Positions 8,482 to 17,305 of a stretch of DNA of 64,000 bases are shown here, in pieces (positions within the stretch are counted from its first letter, which is position 1; the number at the start of each line of letters is the position of its first letter). This DNA comes from Promethearchaeota archaeon (GTDB lineage: Archaea > Asgardarchaeota > Lokiarchaeia > Sigyniarchaeales > SOKP01), in assembly GCA_019058445.1 (NCBI GenBank), contig JAHPZA010000004.1, forward strand, positions 224,001 to 288,000, read 5' to 3'. The position numbers and the translations under genes were made by a program. The notes beneath the pieces are model-generated. The model did no database searches and was not told the DNA's origin. It saw nothing but the letters and a program-made list of their open reading frames with translations.

Positions 8482-9717
8482 ATGTCGTTTTTCAATGACG
8501 AAGTAATGCAAAGAATTAGATTCCTCCATTACTCAATTAAAAAAGTAGAAGCCGCATTAGACAAAGACGACGAAGAATACTCTTTAGATGACCTCAATCT
8601 AGTATTAGAATACACTATGATTCTAAACATAAATTATAAAAACGAGAGTCATAAAAAAATCCTAAACGAGTTAGATATCACCCCTTCTTTTCATGATTAT
8701 ATAGAGAATAGGGATATTGATATTGAGGACTTAATGTTTGAATGTGCTAGAGCTTTATGGGTGTTAGCAAGAGCATATTCTCATCTCTCAGAAAGTTTTG
8801 AGGAAGATGAAGATTGGGAAAATGCCATTATTGCGATGGTTGAATGTAGCAAAATTTATAAGACTGCTGCTTATTTTAGTGCTGCTACAGTGTATCAAAA
8901 TGACAAGGGTAGCTTAATATCCGCCGAGCAGTTAGAATTAAACTCAGAAGAGGCAAGAGTATGGGCACAGAGTATCGCAGCATCATGGGAAGAAATTAAA
9001 AACAATATATATTTTGCCTCGAAATTATATTCAGGCCTTTCCTTGCTTTCAAAAAGACTTTTCTACCTTAGGAAACATGAAGAAAAGAAACGTCAAAAAA
9101 TAAGGGCTCAATTTCATTATGATATGGGTAGAGCTTGTCAATTAAAAGCCATAGCCTCATTAGAATCTTCTATTGCTCCTATTAATAAAGAAAAAGTAAG
9201 AAAACTTAAGCAAAAAGCTCAATTTTATTATTTAAAAGCGAGAGATATTTGGGAATGGATGCTTGACAATTTAAATAACCTGGATCTCGAAGAAAAGAAT
9301 AGTATCGAGAATAATATCTCAATCGTTAAAGAAAACATTCAAGAAATTGACGATGAAGTCTTAGAATATGAAGAAATTAAGAAAATCCAAGATCCTGAGC
9401 CAATAATTATTATTCCTGAAAATTTAGCGCCATTCGTACCTAAAAGTACCGTCTATTTAACAAAGTTCATCCCAAAAGATCTGAATATTAAACGATTTAA
9501 GAATTTCCAAAGAAAGAAATTAGAGAAGAAAATTCCTTATAGCAAAAAGGAAAAATTACTGGACAAAAAAGCAGGAGTAATAAGAACAATCAATGAGTTA
9601 AAAGTTCTAAAAGAAAATAAAGAAATTGATCTCGAAAAATTTGCTGACCTTATGGAAAAGTATTCCACAAAACTTGAAATGATTGATACTGCTATTGAAA
9701 AATTAACGAAATCATAG
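8482..9717 (+). CDS. Hypothetical all-helical (TPR-like) protein
   Basis: 411-aa ORF with repeated A/Y-rich amphipathic helices and a coiled-coil-like C-terminus; no family recognised. Confidence 0.7.
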   Translation: MSFFNDEVMQRIRFLHYSIKKVEAALDKDDEEYSLDDLNLVLEYTMILNINYKNESHKKILNELDITPSFHDYIENRDIDIEDLMFECARALWVLARAYSHLSESFEEDEDWENAIIAMVECSKIYKTAAYFSAATVYQNDKGSLISAEQLELNSEEARVWAQSIAASWEEIKNNIYFASKLYSGLSLLSKRLFYLRKHEEKKRQKIRAQFHYDMGRACQLKAIASLESSIAPINKEKVRKLKQKAQFYYLKARDIWEWMLDNLNNLDLEEKNSIENNISIVKENIQEIDDEVLEYEEIKKIQDPEPIIIIPENLAPFVPKSTVYLTKFIPKDLNIKRFKNFQRKKLEKKIPYSKKEKLLDKKAGVIRTINELKVLKENKEIDLEKFADLMEKYSTKLEMIDTAIEKLTKS

Positions 9718-9719
9718 AA

Positions 9720-10220
9720 CTAATCTAACTGCCTGGAATGGATTCTTTCTCTTTTTATATACATCCTACGGTTTTTATCTAACTCATGTTTTCTCTGAGT
9801 TTCTTCTAAAAATACCAAATCATACACTTCCTTTAATATCACTCCAAAAAGACATAATTCCAATAGCATGATTAATATAATCATCATAACCTGCAAATTA
9901 TGTAAATCTCGAAATAACAGTAAGCCCATTAAAAAAAAATGGATTAAATAACATAATGAAATGATTCCAATTCTTTTTCCAAATTTGATAATGTGTTTAT
10001 CTTCTAATTTAAAGATTTTTTCCAATCTCAGGGCTTCTAATAAGTAGTACAAACTGAAGATCAGATTAATCATACTTAAAATTATAATAAAATTTTGATC
10101 TTCAATTCCTAAATTAATATAGGGGCTTAGGAGAATTGAACCCACCATAAATGTAAGTGAGAATATAAATATTAATAAAGCCAAAGAGAGTAACCCTTCT
10201 CGAAACTCTTTAAAATCCAT
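9720..10220 (-). CDS. Hypothetical membrane protein (4 TM)
   Basis: 166 aa, four hydrophobic helices, charged C-terminal tail. Confidence 0.7.
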   Translation of the reverse strand: MDFKEFREGLLSLALLIFIFSLTFMVGSILLSPYINLGIEDQNFIIILSMINLIFSLYYLLEALRLEKIFKLEDKHIIKFGKRIGIISLCYLIHFFLMGLLLFRDLHNLQVMMIILIMLLELCLFGVILKEVYDLVFLEETQRKHELDKNRRMYIKRERIHSRQLD

Positions 10221-10431
10221 GTCAAAATTAATTTTAGGAATCCGTAATTAGGTGATTAATAATAGTAAACACTCGTCAAATTAATAGTCATGGAAATATA
10301 TTATCACACGAAATTTGTGGGATAAATAATAATGTGTTCATGATATATTTTCTATTTTTAAATGAAAAGACTGCGCTAATTTTCTGATTTATTGCATTTT
10401 TCTTTAAATACTTTGAGAAGGTTAAACATTT

Positions 10432-10818
10432 ATGATCACATTTGATAAAATCAAATATCATTCGGACTTAGGAAATCTGAAATGTGGAATTTGTGGTGAA
10501 CCATTTAGAGCAGACACCGACATTTACTATTCTCAGAAAGTTAGCGGATATGTTTGCGAGAAATGCATAAAAAGGTTTTCAAAACAGCAAATTGAGGAAT
10601 TTCTGGTGTTGTTTAATACCTATAAAGGGCATTTTGGGCAATTTAATATCTCCGTAATGACATTAAAACACATGATTATTGAGTTTTTTGACCTTATTTC
10701 ATATACTAGCCATACCGATATAATCGAGCTAAATATGAGACTGAGACATCAAGCGTTATTATATGGATATACTCCCGAGCAGCTTATAGAACTCATGAAG
10801 AGAATTATTGCAAAATAA
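10432..10818 (+). CDS. Hypothetical Zn-finger protein
   Basis: CGIC...CEKC pair followed by a helical domain. Confidence 0.7.
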   Translation: MITFDKIKYHSDLGNLKCGICGEPFRADTDIYYSQKVSGYVCEKCIKRFSKQQIEEFLVLFNTYKGHFGQFNISVMTLKHMIIEFFDLISYTSHTDIIELNMRLRHQALLYGYTPEQLIELMKRIIAK

Positions 10819-10895
10819 TTCCATTATTCAGAATGTAAGTTTTTGATCGATTACAATTTGGAAACGTATTAAAATTACTAAAATTTGAATTACTT

Positions 10896-11165
10896 ATGTC
10901 TAAGGACCAAATTTCATTACTGGAAAAAATTTCTGAAAAACTTTCTGACTTACTTTATCTAAATGGAATTATTGCAACTGAACTCATTAAAATAACAGAA
11001 AATACAGCAACTATTCGACGGGGGGAAGAATTTTTGGAGAAGACTCCCTGTCCTTCTGAGCACTATGAATTAAACACAAGAATCATTAGTATCTTGAAGA
11101 AATTTACAAAGAAATCAGAAGATTTAGCTGGTTTAGAAAAACATGTATTAAAACATATCGAATAA
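10896..11165 (+). CDS. Hypothetical protein
   Basis: 89-aa ORF with normal composition, preceded by an AT-rich promoter-like region. Confidence 0.65.
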   Translation: MSKDQISLLEKISEKLSDLLYLNGIIATELIKITENTATIRRGEEFLEKTPCPSEHYELNTRIISILKKFTKKSEDLAGLEKHVLKHIE

Positions 11166-11184
11166 TCAGGTCTAATTAAAAATT

Positions 11185-11277
11185 ATGCCAGATGAATTTG
11201 ATAAGTTTGTAGAAAACTTTCTAAAGGAAATAATCAAAGAGGAAATTGAATAAAACAACGAGAAAATTGTAAATTAG
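11185..11277 (+). pseudogene. Short gene remnant resembling the N-terminal extension of IscU/NifU-like proteins
   Basis: MPDEFDKFVENFLKEIIKEEIE*NNEKIVN*; the resemblance is from memory only. Internal TAA and truncation. Confidence 0.35.
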
Positions 11278-11343
11278 TCATAAACACATTAACGCACACA
11301 ATTCAAAAATATAAAAAATAATGAAACCTAAGTTAAAATCATA

Positions 11344-12066
11344 ATGGAAAATATTAATATCGAAAATTTTGATATCCCTATAGAAGAAGACAATATTAAT
11401 CTGAAAAGTTCAATTTATTATAATTCAAAAATCCCCCCAAAAGCTCCGTGGGTAATTAATTGTGCTGGTTTATTAGACCATAGAGGGAGTCCTTTTGTTC
11501 AAATGTTCACTGAACGATTTGTAAATGCCGGCTATTATGTTTTGTCTTATGATTATCGAGCACATGGAGAAACCAAGAAACAAACGCGTGGACCTTGGCT
11601 TAGACATATTTTTAAGATTTTTACCGATATCAATGATGTAATTAATTGGGTTTTTGATAATCAATCCCACAGACTGTTAGAAGATGGTATTGCATTATTT
11701 GGAAGAAGTTTAGGGGCAGCGTTGATTCTAACCCAGGGATATATAAATGAGCATGCGAAGAAGTTAATTGCCTTGTGTGCGCGATATGATTATGCTCAAA
11801 TAAAAGGTATTGAGTTCCCTGAAGATGTCATAAAACATATTAGTCCAAGATATTATTTGAAAAAAGATCCTTCAAATTATACGAGAATTATGATTGCCCA
11901 TTGTGAGGATGATCCAAGAATTCCCTTTGAGCATTTTTTAAAGATAAAGGAACATCTCGGATTTGAGAATGAAAATGCGATTAATTATGAGACGGGAGGG
12001 CATTCCTTTAAAGGGCATAGGGATGAATTATTTGAGAAAGTTATTGAATTTTTAAACAAAAAATAG
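11344..12066 (+). CDS. Alpha/beta hydrolase (Ser-Asp-His)
   Basis: YDYRAHGET, nucleophile elbow GRSLG, HCEDD, GGHSF. Confidence 0.88.
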   Translation: MENINIENFDIPIEEDNINLKSSIYYNSKIPPKAPWVINCAGLLDHRGSPFVQMFTERFVNAGYYVLSYDYRAHGETKKQTRGPWLRHIFKIFTDINDVINWVFDNQSHRLLEDGIALFGRSLGAALILTQGYINEHAKKLIALCARYDYAQIKGIEFPEDVIKHISPRYYLKKDPSNYTRIMIAHCEDDPRIPFEHFLKIKEHLGFENENAINYETGGHSFKGHRDELFEKVIEFLNKK

Positions 12067-12127
12067 ATTTGTCATCCAAAAAGGAATATTTTTTTAATAA
12101 TTTTAAATATGAACAATTCATTTGATT

Positions 12128-12859
12128 ATGGAAACAATTCAAATTGAAAATGTTGACATTCCGATAAAATCGGATAATGTTAATCTTAAAGGATCCATAT
12201 ATTTTACATCACGTACACCTCAAAAGGCTCCATGGATAATTACGTTGGCCGCTTTTGGAGGTCATAGGAAAACTAAATTTATTAAGACTTATAATGAAAG
12301 ATTTGCTAATGCTGGATATTATGTGTTATCTTATGATCACCGTGGTCATGGAGAAACTCTTAAAGAAACGGGGGAATTGTTTTCTAAACGAGGATATCAA
12401 ATGTATCCGAAAATTTATTCAGATATCAACGAAGTAATGAGTTGGATTTTGGAAACACAATCTGAAAGACTGTTGGATGATAAAATTGCATTATTTGGGA
12501 GAAGTCTAGGAGGGGCTATTATATTAACACATGGCTTTCTGGATACTAGAGCTAAAAGATTAATTGCTTTAGCTGGTCGTTATGACTATGAAATCCATAG
12601 GATAAAATTCCCTAAAGAAACCATAAAAAAAATCAGTCCAAAATATTTTTTGAAGAAAAGTTCTTCAAATAATGAACGAATTTTAATCTTTCACTGTCGA
12701 GATGACGATATTGTACCGTTTGAAAATTTTACTCATATAAAAGAGCATCTTGGCTTAAATCAGGAGAATAGCATAATCTTTGAAACAGGAGCACATTCAT
12801 TTAGGGGGCATCGTGATGAAATATTTGAGTATTCATTAGAATTCTTAAAAAAATTATAA
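12128..12859 (+). CDS. Alpha/beta hydrolase, tandem paralog of 11344..12066
   Basis: YDHRGHGET, GRSLG, HCRDDD, GAHSF; co-linear with the upstream gene. ATG at 12128 preferred over TTG at 12122. Confidence 0.88.
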   Translation: METIQIENVDIPIKSDNVNLKGSIYFTSRTPQKAPWIITLAAFGGHRKTKFIKTYNERFANAGYYVLSYDHRGHGETLKETGELFSKRGYQMYPKIYSDINEVMSWILETQSERLLDDKIALFGRSLGGAIILTHGFLDTRAKRLIALAGRYDYEIHRIKFPKETIKKISPKYFLKKSSSNNERILIFHCRDDDIVPFENFTHIKEHLGLNQENSIIFETGAHSFRGHRDEIFEYSLEFLKKL

Positions 12860-12898
12860 AATAAGGGCAATAATTATTATATTAAATTATTATAAAGT

Positions 12899-13813
12899 GT
12901 GAAGTCAATGGAAAAAATATTAATTGTAGGGCCTGCATCTCAAATTCTTGGGGTAAAAATTGCGAATGAATTAGGCATAGAAAGCCTTAATACCGAATTC
13001 AAGACATTTCCGGATGGGGAAAACTATTTGCGAGTTAATATCGAAGATGAAACGAAAATAATGGGAACGGAGGTAATTATCGTTCAATCTACAGGTCCAA
13101 GTTCCAGCGGAAATCAAAATTCCAGATTATTTGAGCTTTTTATGATGATAAGTACTGTTAAGCGAATGGGGGCTGCAAAAATTATAGTAATTATACCCTA
13201 TCTCGCTTATGCTCGCCAAGATAAAGTTTTTAGACCAGGAGAATGTGTATTTGCAAATGTAATTTTAAGTATTATTGACTCGATGAGAATTGATGAGCTT
13301 TATGTATGTGATGTACATGCACCTAAGGTTTTACAAGATTTAATATGCAATAAAGTTGTAAATATTGACACTATGAAAATTTTAGCTGAATATATTAAAG
13401 AGTTGGGCGCAAAGGACATCGTTGTCGTGTCCCCTGATAAAGGCGCTGTGGAAAGATCAAAAGCATTTGCAAAATATTTTGGAGAGGATGTTCCAGTAGA
13501 TTTTTTTGAGAAAAAAAGAGATGTCAAAACAGGTGATATCACAATGACCGGCAAGTTAAGCCTTCAAGGAAAGGATGTTGTCATTTCAGATGATATCATA
13601 GCTACAGGAGGAACCATGGCTTCAGCAATTAAATTATCTAAAGAAAGTGGTGCCAATAAGGTGTATGCTGTTGCATCACATGCACTTTTATTACAAAATG
13701 CTAAATATCGTATCCTAAGTGCAGGAGCAGATGAGATAATTGGGACTGATTCTATAGATAATGAAGCTGCCAAAGTTTCGTTAGCAAAGGCAATTGCCGA
13801 TTACTTAAAATAA
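12899..13813 (+). CDS. prs: Ribose-phosphate pyrophosphokinase (PRPP synthetase)
   Basis: FPDGE, PYLAYARQDK, SPDKGA, DDIIATGGT PRPP-binding loop. Confidence 0.95.
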   Translation: MKSMEKILIVGPASQILGVKIANELGIESLNTEFKTFPDGENYLRVNIEDETKIMGTEVIIVQSTGPSSSGNQNSRLFELFMMISTVKRMGAAKIIVIIPYLAYARQDKVFRPGECVFANVILSIIDSMRIDELYVCDVHAPKVLQDLICNKVVNIDTMKILAEYIKELGAKDIVVVSPDKGAVERSKAFAKYFGEDVPVDFFEKKRDVKTGDITMTGKLSLQGKDVVISDDIIATGGTMASAIKLSKESGANKVYAVASHALLLQNAKYRILSAGADEIIGTDSIDNEAAKVSLAKAIADYLK

Positions 13814-13825
13814 AATCAGTGTATT

Positions 13826-14371
13826 TCAATAATTTTGGAGTATTTCTACCACTAACTTTCTTGTTTTCTTTATTAATTCCTCTTCAGTGGAGTTATTTTC
13901 TATTTTATGATCGGCCTTATTTATCACTTCTTTAAGTCCAAAACCAATTTCTCTTTTATCTCGTTGTTTTATCTCCTCTATTGACTTTGAATCATCACTA
14001 CGAGCTCTTTCATAAAGTCTTTTAAATCTCTCTTGATCACTTAATTCTATCGCTATTAATGGAAATTTCCATTCTTTACGGAATTCATTAACCTCATAAA
14101 AAGATCTTACTCCATCTATTATAATTATCTCATGATCAGATTTCTTAATCAATTCAATACATTTTTTAGCAATCGCAGATGGACCACCCAATTCTCTTAA
14201 ATCTTTAGCTAACTTTCCTAAATTTTCACCGGAGGGGTCAATATTCCTTGTTTTTGCCTCATCTCGTACCACATCTCCCATGGTTATTATTTTCCCTAGA
14301 TCAGCTATTGATTCTATTGCTGTTGATTTTCCAGAACCCGGAAGTCCACAAAATCCTATTATCTTCATCAT
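13826..14371 (-). CDS. P-loop nucleotide kinase, archaeal dephospho-CoA-kinase-like (UPF0200)
   Basis: GLPGSGKS, MGDVVR, IDGVRS, RDKREIGFGL. Confidence 0.8.
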   Translation of the reverse strand: MMKIIGFCGLPGSGKSTAIESIADLGKIITMGDVVRDEAKTRNIDPSGENLGKLAKDLRELGGPSAIAKKCIELIKKSDHEIIIIDGVRSFYEVNEFRKEWKFPLIAIELSDQERFKRLYERARSDDSKSIEEIKQRDKREIGFGLKEVINKADHKIENNSTEEELIKKTRKLVVEILQNY

Positions 14372-14609
14372 AATTAAAATGAATTTTAACTATAGTTTAT
14401 ATAGAGCAACTAGATTTTTAAAATCTCCAATGAATTTTATACAAAAAAATTTAATTAAGGACTATGTAATAACTTTAAATACTTTAGAATTAATCTATCC
14501 TTATAGACTATACCAAACTTTAAAAAAAAAAGTTTTTTAACAAGTAAAACATGTAACTTATTGTAAAACTTCTTTTATTTCAAATAAAATCAAAATCTTA
14601 TGATTTTTC

Positions 14610-14930
14610 ATGGATAATAACGTTTTTTATATCAAAAATAGAAATGAGAAAGAGAGAATTATCAAGGATGTCATCTTTGCTTTTTCTGGCGGGCAAAAGA
14701 CCTTACAAATTAAAGGAGAAGGTGAAGAAATTTCGACTGCTGTAGAAATAGCTGAAATTCTGAAAAGTAGACTATATCCCGGAATAGAAATAGGAAATGT
14801 TTCGTTAGGAAGTCGTCCGTTTTTTGAACGCAGAAAAAGGGGAAGAAATTATAATAAATATAATAATCGGAATAAAAAAGATTTAGTATCTCAAATAGAA
14901 ATTACGCTCAAAACTAAGACATATATGTGA
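14610..14930 (+). CDS. Alba-family nucleic-acid-binding protein (divergent)
   Basis: IKGEGEEISTAVEIAEIL (cf. Alba IKARGRAISKAVDVAEI), then xLGS...VSQIEITL. Confidence 0.8.
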   Translation: MDNNVFYIKNRNEKERIIKDVIFAFSGGQKTLQIKGEGEEISTAVEIAEILKSRLYPGIEIGNVSLGSRPFFERRKRGRNYNKYNNRNKKDLVSQIEITLKTKTYM

Positions 14931-14933
14931 TTT

Positions 14934-15107
14934 ATGACTTCGACTAATTTTAAACATTTAGGACCATTATTGGGAGAATCCCGAACACCTGCAGTATGTG
15001 AGATTTGCGGAAGCTACATTTTTAAGCAAATTTATCATGACGAAAATTCTAACAATAAACAGAAAACTGTTTTTGTCTGTAAAAATTGTCTGAATAATAA
15101 TAAATAG
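14934..15107 (+). CDS. Small Zn-ribbon protein (57 aa)
   Basis: Not in ORF track: MTSTNFKHLGPLLGESRTPAVCEICGSYIFKQIYHDENSNNKQKTVFVCKNCLNNNK; two CxxC; 3 bp after the Alba gene. Confidence 0.75.
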   Translation: MTSTNFKHLGPLLGESRTPAVCEICGSYIFKQIYHDENSNNKQKTVFVCKNCLNNNK

Positions 15108-15139
15108 TAGGCTTTTGTGCTCGTTACTCGCATTGATAA

Positions 15140-15310
15140 TTAGCTTTTACGATAGTTCATTATTTGTTTTAGCTGCTTTCTTTTTTCTTCAAGAAATTTG
15201 TTCCAATCAAAAGTTAAGATGAAGAACATTATCATAAGCGTGACTAATAGCATTAACGCTTTGGTAATTACTGTTGATTCAATAATGATTGAGTGTTTTT
15301 TTTTCACCAT
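15140..15310 (-). pseudogene. Diverged duplicate of the 3' end of the DedA/VTT gene (20557..21399); open as a 56-aa single-TM ORF
   Basis: MVKKKHSIIIESTVITKALMLLVTLMIMFFILTFDWNKFLEEKRKQLKQIMNYRKS* versus ...ESTVITEAIMLLVTLTIMYFILAFDWNKFLEEKRKQLKKIMNSRKN*; stop at the equivalent position. Confidence 0.75.
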
Positions 15311-15386
15311 TATTTAAATATAAAATTTTACATTATTGTAATTGGATTCTATAAAATTTTTAAAACTACAATTAGGTGTTAAATTA

Positions 15387-15773
15387 ATGGGATTAAAATT
15401 AGAATTTCAGCAAGAAGCTATATCTGAGGGAAAGAAGAGTTTTGATTATGGGATGGTTCAAATTTCACAAGAACAAAGACAAATAGTCTTAGATGCTTCG
15501 AAAATATTTACACAATATCTTCCTTTCGATGAAACCCCAATGGCAGGTCACATTCTAATTGCAATGAGAAAGTATCAAGAAGAGGCAAAGATAGATATCT
15601 CTAAGATACAGACATTACCAATTGCCCAACAGATTGAACAAGTAAGAGGTGTTCATAGAATGTTAAAGCTGAATTTAACTAAGTATTTGATTAAACATGA
15701 AATGGAACCTTTATTAGACAAAGCAATAAATGAAGCAGAGAAATTTGTTTTAAAACGATTTGAGAATTTTTAA
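15387..15773 (+). CDS. Hypothetical protein
   Basis: Helical ORF; ATG at 15387 after an AGGTG RBS-like motif preferred over TTG at 15342. Confidence 0.65.
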   Translation: MGLKLEFQQEAISEGKKSFDYGMVQISQEQRQIVLDASKIFTQYLPFDETPMAGHILIAMRKYQEEAKIDISKIQTLPIAQQIEQVRGVHRMLKLNLTKYLIKHEMEPLLDKAINEAEKFVLKRFENF

Positions 15774-15866
15774 ACCAATTTTAAAGAGAGTTTTCATCTT
15801 TGATATTTTATAGTGTAATCCCCTAATTCAACTAAGTAAGATTTCTTTAAACGAGTTAAGATCCAT

Positions 15867-16994
15867 ATGAAAAAAGCAAATGAACATCTAAAGAAGGAAC
15901 GAGAGCCATCTGCATTTGAAACTATGCACGATGATGTATTGAAACTGGGTCTAAAAGAATCTGAAGATATTTTTCAAAATATAATAATAAATACTAAAGA
16001 ACCCATTTTTATCATTGGACTTGATGGAAAGTTTAAGTTTATCTCTCCGCAATATATTGAATTATTGGGGGGAATAAAAATTGATCTTGAAACTAATATC
16101 TTCAAATATATTCATCCAGATGATGTGAATATGTTAATATCATTATTTAAGAAGGGTATAAGAGAAAAAAAGCCAGCTATAAATGAAAACATTGAATTTC
16201 GATTAAAACAAAAAAACAACCAATACATTTGGGTATCAAGTTCGACAAAGAATTACTATAATAGTGATGGGAAACTAATCGGCTTTATTTCCACATTAAG
16301 AGATATTACAGACGAAAAATTAAGCAAAAAAAAATTAGAAGAATCTATAGAAAAATTTAAGTCAATTATAGAACAAACACCTATAGAGATTTATGTTTTA
16401 CAAGATGGACAAATTAAATATACTAATAAACAAGATTTAACATTCAGCGAATATTCTGCGAAAGAAATATTAAAATGGTCAGAAGCCGATATACAGAAAA
16501 TAATTCATCCTGATGATCTAAAAATCATACTAGATCAAGAAAGAATGAAAAGAAAAGGAGAAAAAAACGAAATTCCTAATTACATTTTTCGAATAATTAC
16601 TAAATCTGGAAAAACGATGTGGATTGAAAGCAAAATTAAAAAGATTATTTATCATGGAAATCCTGCTCGTTTAATCACTCTAAAGGAAGCTTCTGAGCAA
16701 AAAAAAACAAAAATATCTACTAAAGTATTTAAAGAAAAAGAAATATTAGCTCTGAAGAACTTTGAAGATATTAAAGAATCATTAAACGGATTATGCCTAC
16801 TTCTTAATATGGCTTATAATCATAATGATATTTATTTATGGACAGGGATTGAAAATCTTAATAAGCTTTATCAGAGAATTATACATTTATTATTGGATGA
16901 GGATGGTATAAAACTCATTAAGCAAAAAATTGAAAAAACTCAAATAGATTTAGATATCAATAATAATGATGAAGTATATTTTAAATTCTCATAA
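15867..16994 (+). CDS. PAS-domain protein (2 PAS/PAC), no kinase domain
   Basis: Two IHPDD-containing PAS3-type repeats, PAC 'WVSS...GFISTLRDITD'. Confidence 0.85.
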   Translation: MKKANEHLKKEREPSAFETMHDDVLKLGLKESEDIFQNIIINTKEPIFIIGLDGKFKFISPQYIELLGGIKIDLETNIFKYIHPDDVNMLISLFKKGIREKKPAINENIEFRLKQKNNQYIWVSSSTKNYYNSDGKLIGFISTLRDITDEKLSKKKLEESIEKFKSIIEQTPIEIYVLQDGQIKYTNKQDLTFSEYSAKEILKWSEADIQKIIHPDDLKIILDQERMKRKGEKNEIPNYIFRIITKSGKTMWIESKIKKIIYHGNPARLITLKEASEQKKTKISTKVFKEKEILALKNFEDIKESLNGLCLLLNMAYNHNDIYLWTGIENLNKLYQRIIHLLLDEDGIKLIKQKIEKTQIDLDINNNDEVYFKFS

Positions 16995-17305
16995 CATCCT
17001 TTTTTTTTCTCAAAAACCAAATTAACTTAATCTTATTAATTATTATACCTCCCCTTCTCCTTCCAATTAGGACTATTTCTCATCTAATAGTTTATTATAC
17101 ACAATTGGTTTCAAAGATAAGAAATTATGAGATTAGTATTGATAAAATATAATGAGGAGGAGATAGAAAAAAATGATGATCAACTAAATAATTATAATAG
17201 AAAGTTTCTTAATATTCTAGTTGAGAATATTAATTTTTATGAGGTCTATCAACCATCTTAGACATTAAAGAGAAGTACAGTGTTTTATTAGAAAGTACTT
17301 CTGAT

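Noticed and set aside
17231-17245. Selenocysteine readthrough of TGA 17240 upstream of the kinase
   Set aside because: An in-frame TAA lies three codons further upstream (17231) and there is no redox-motif context.
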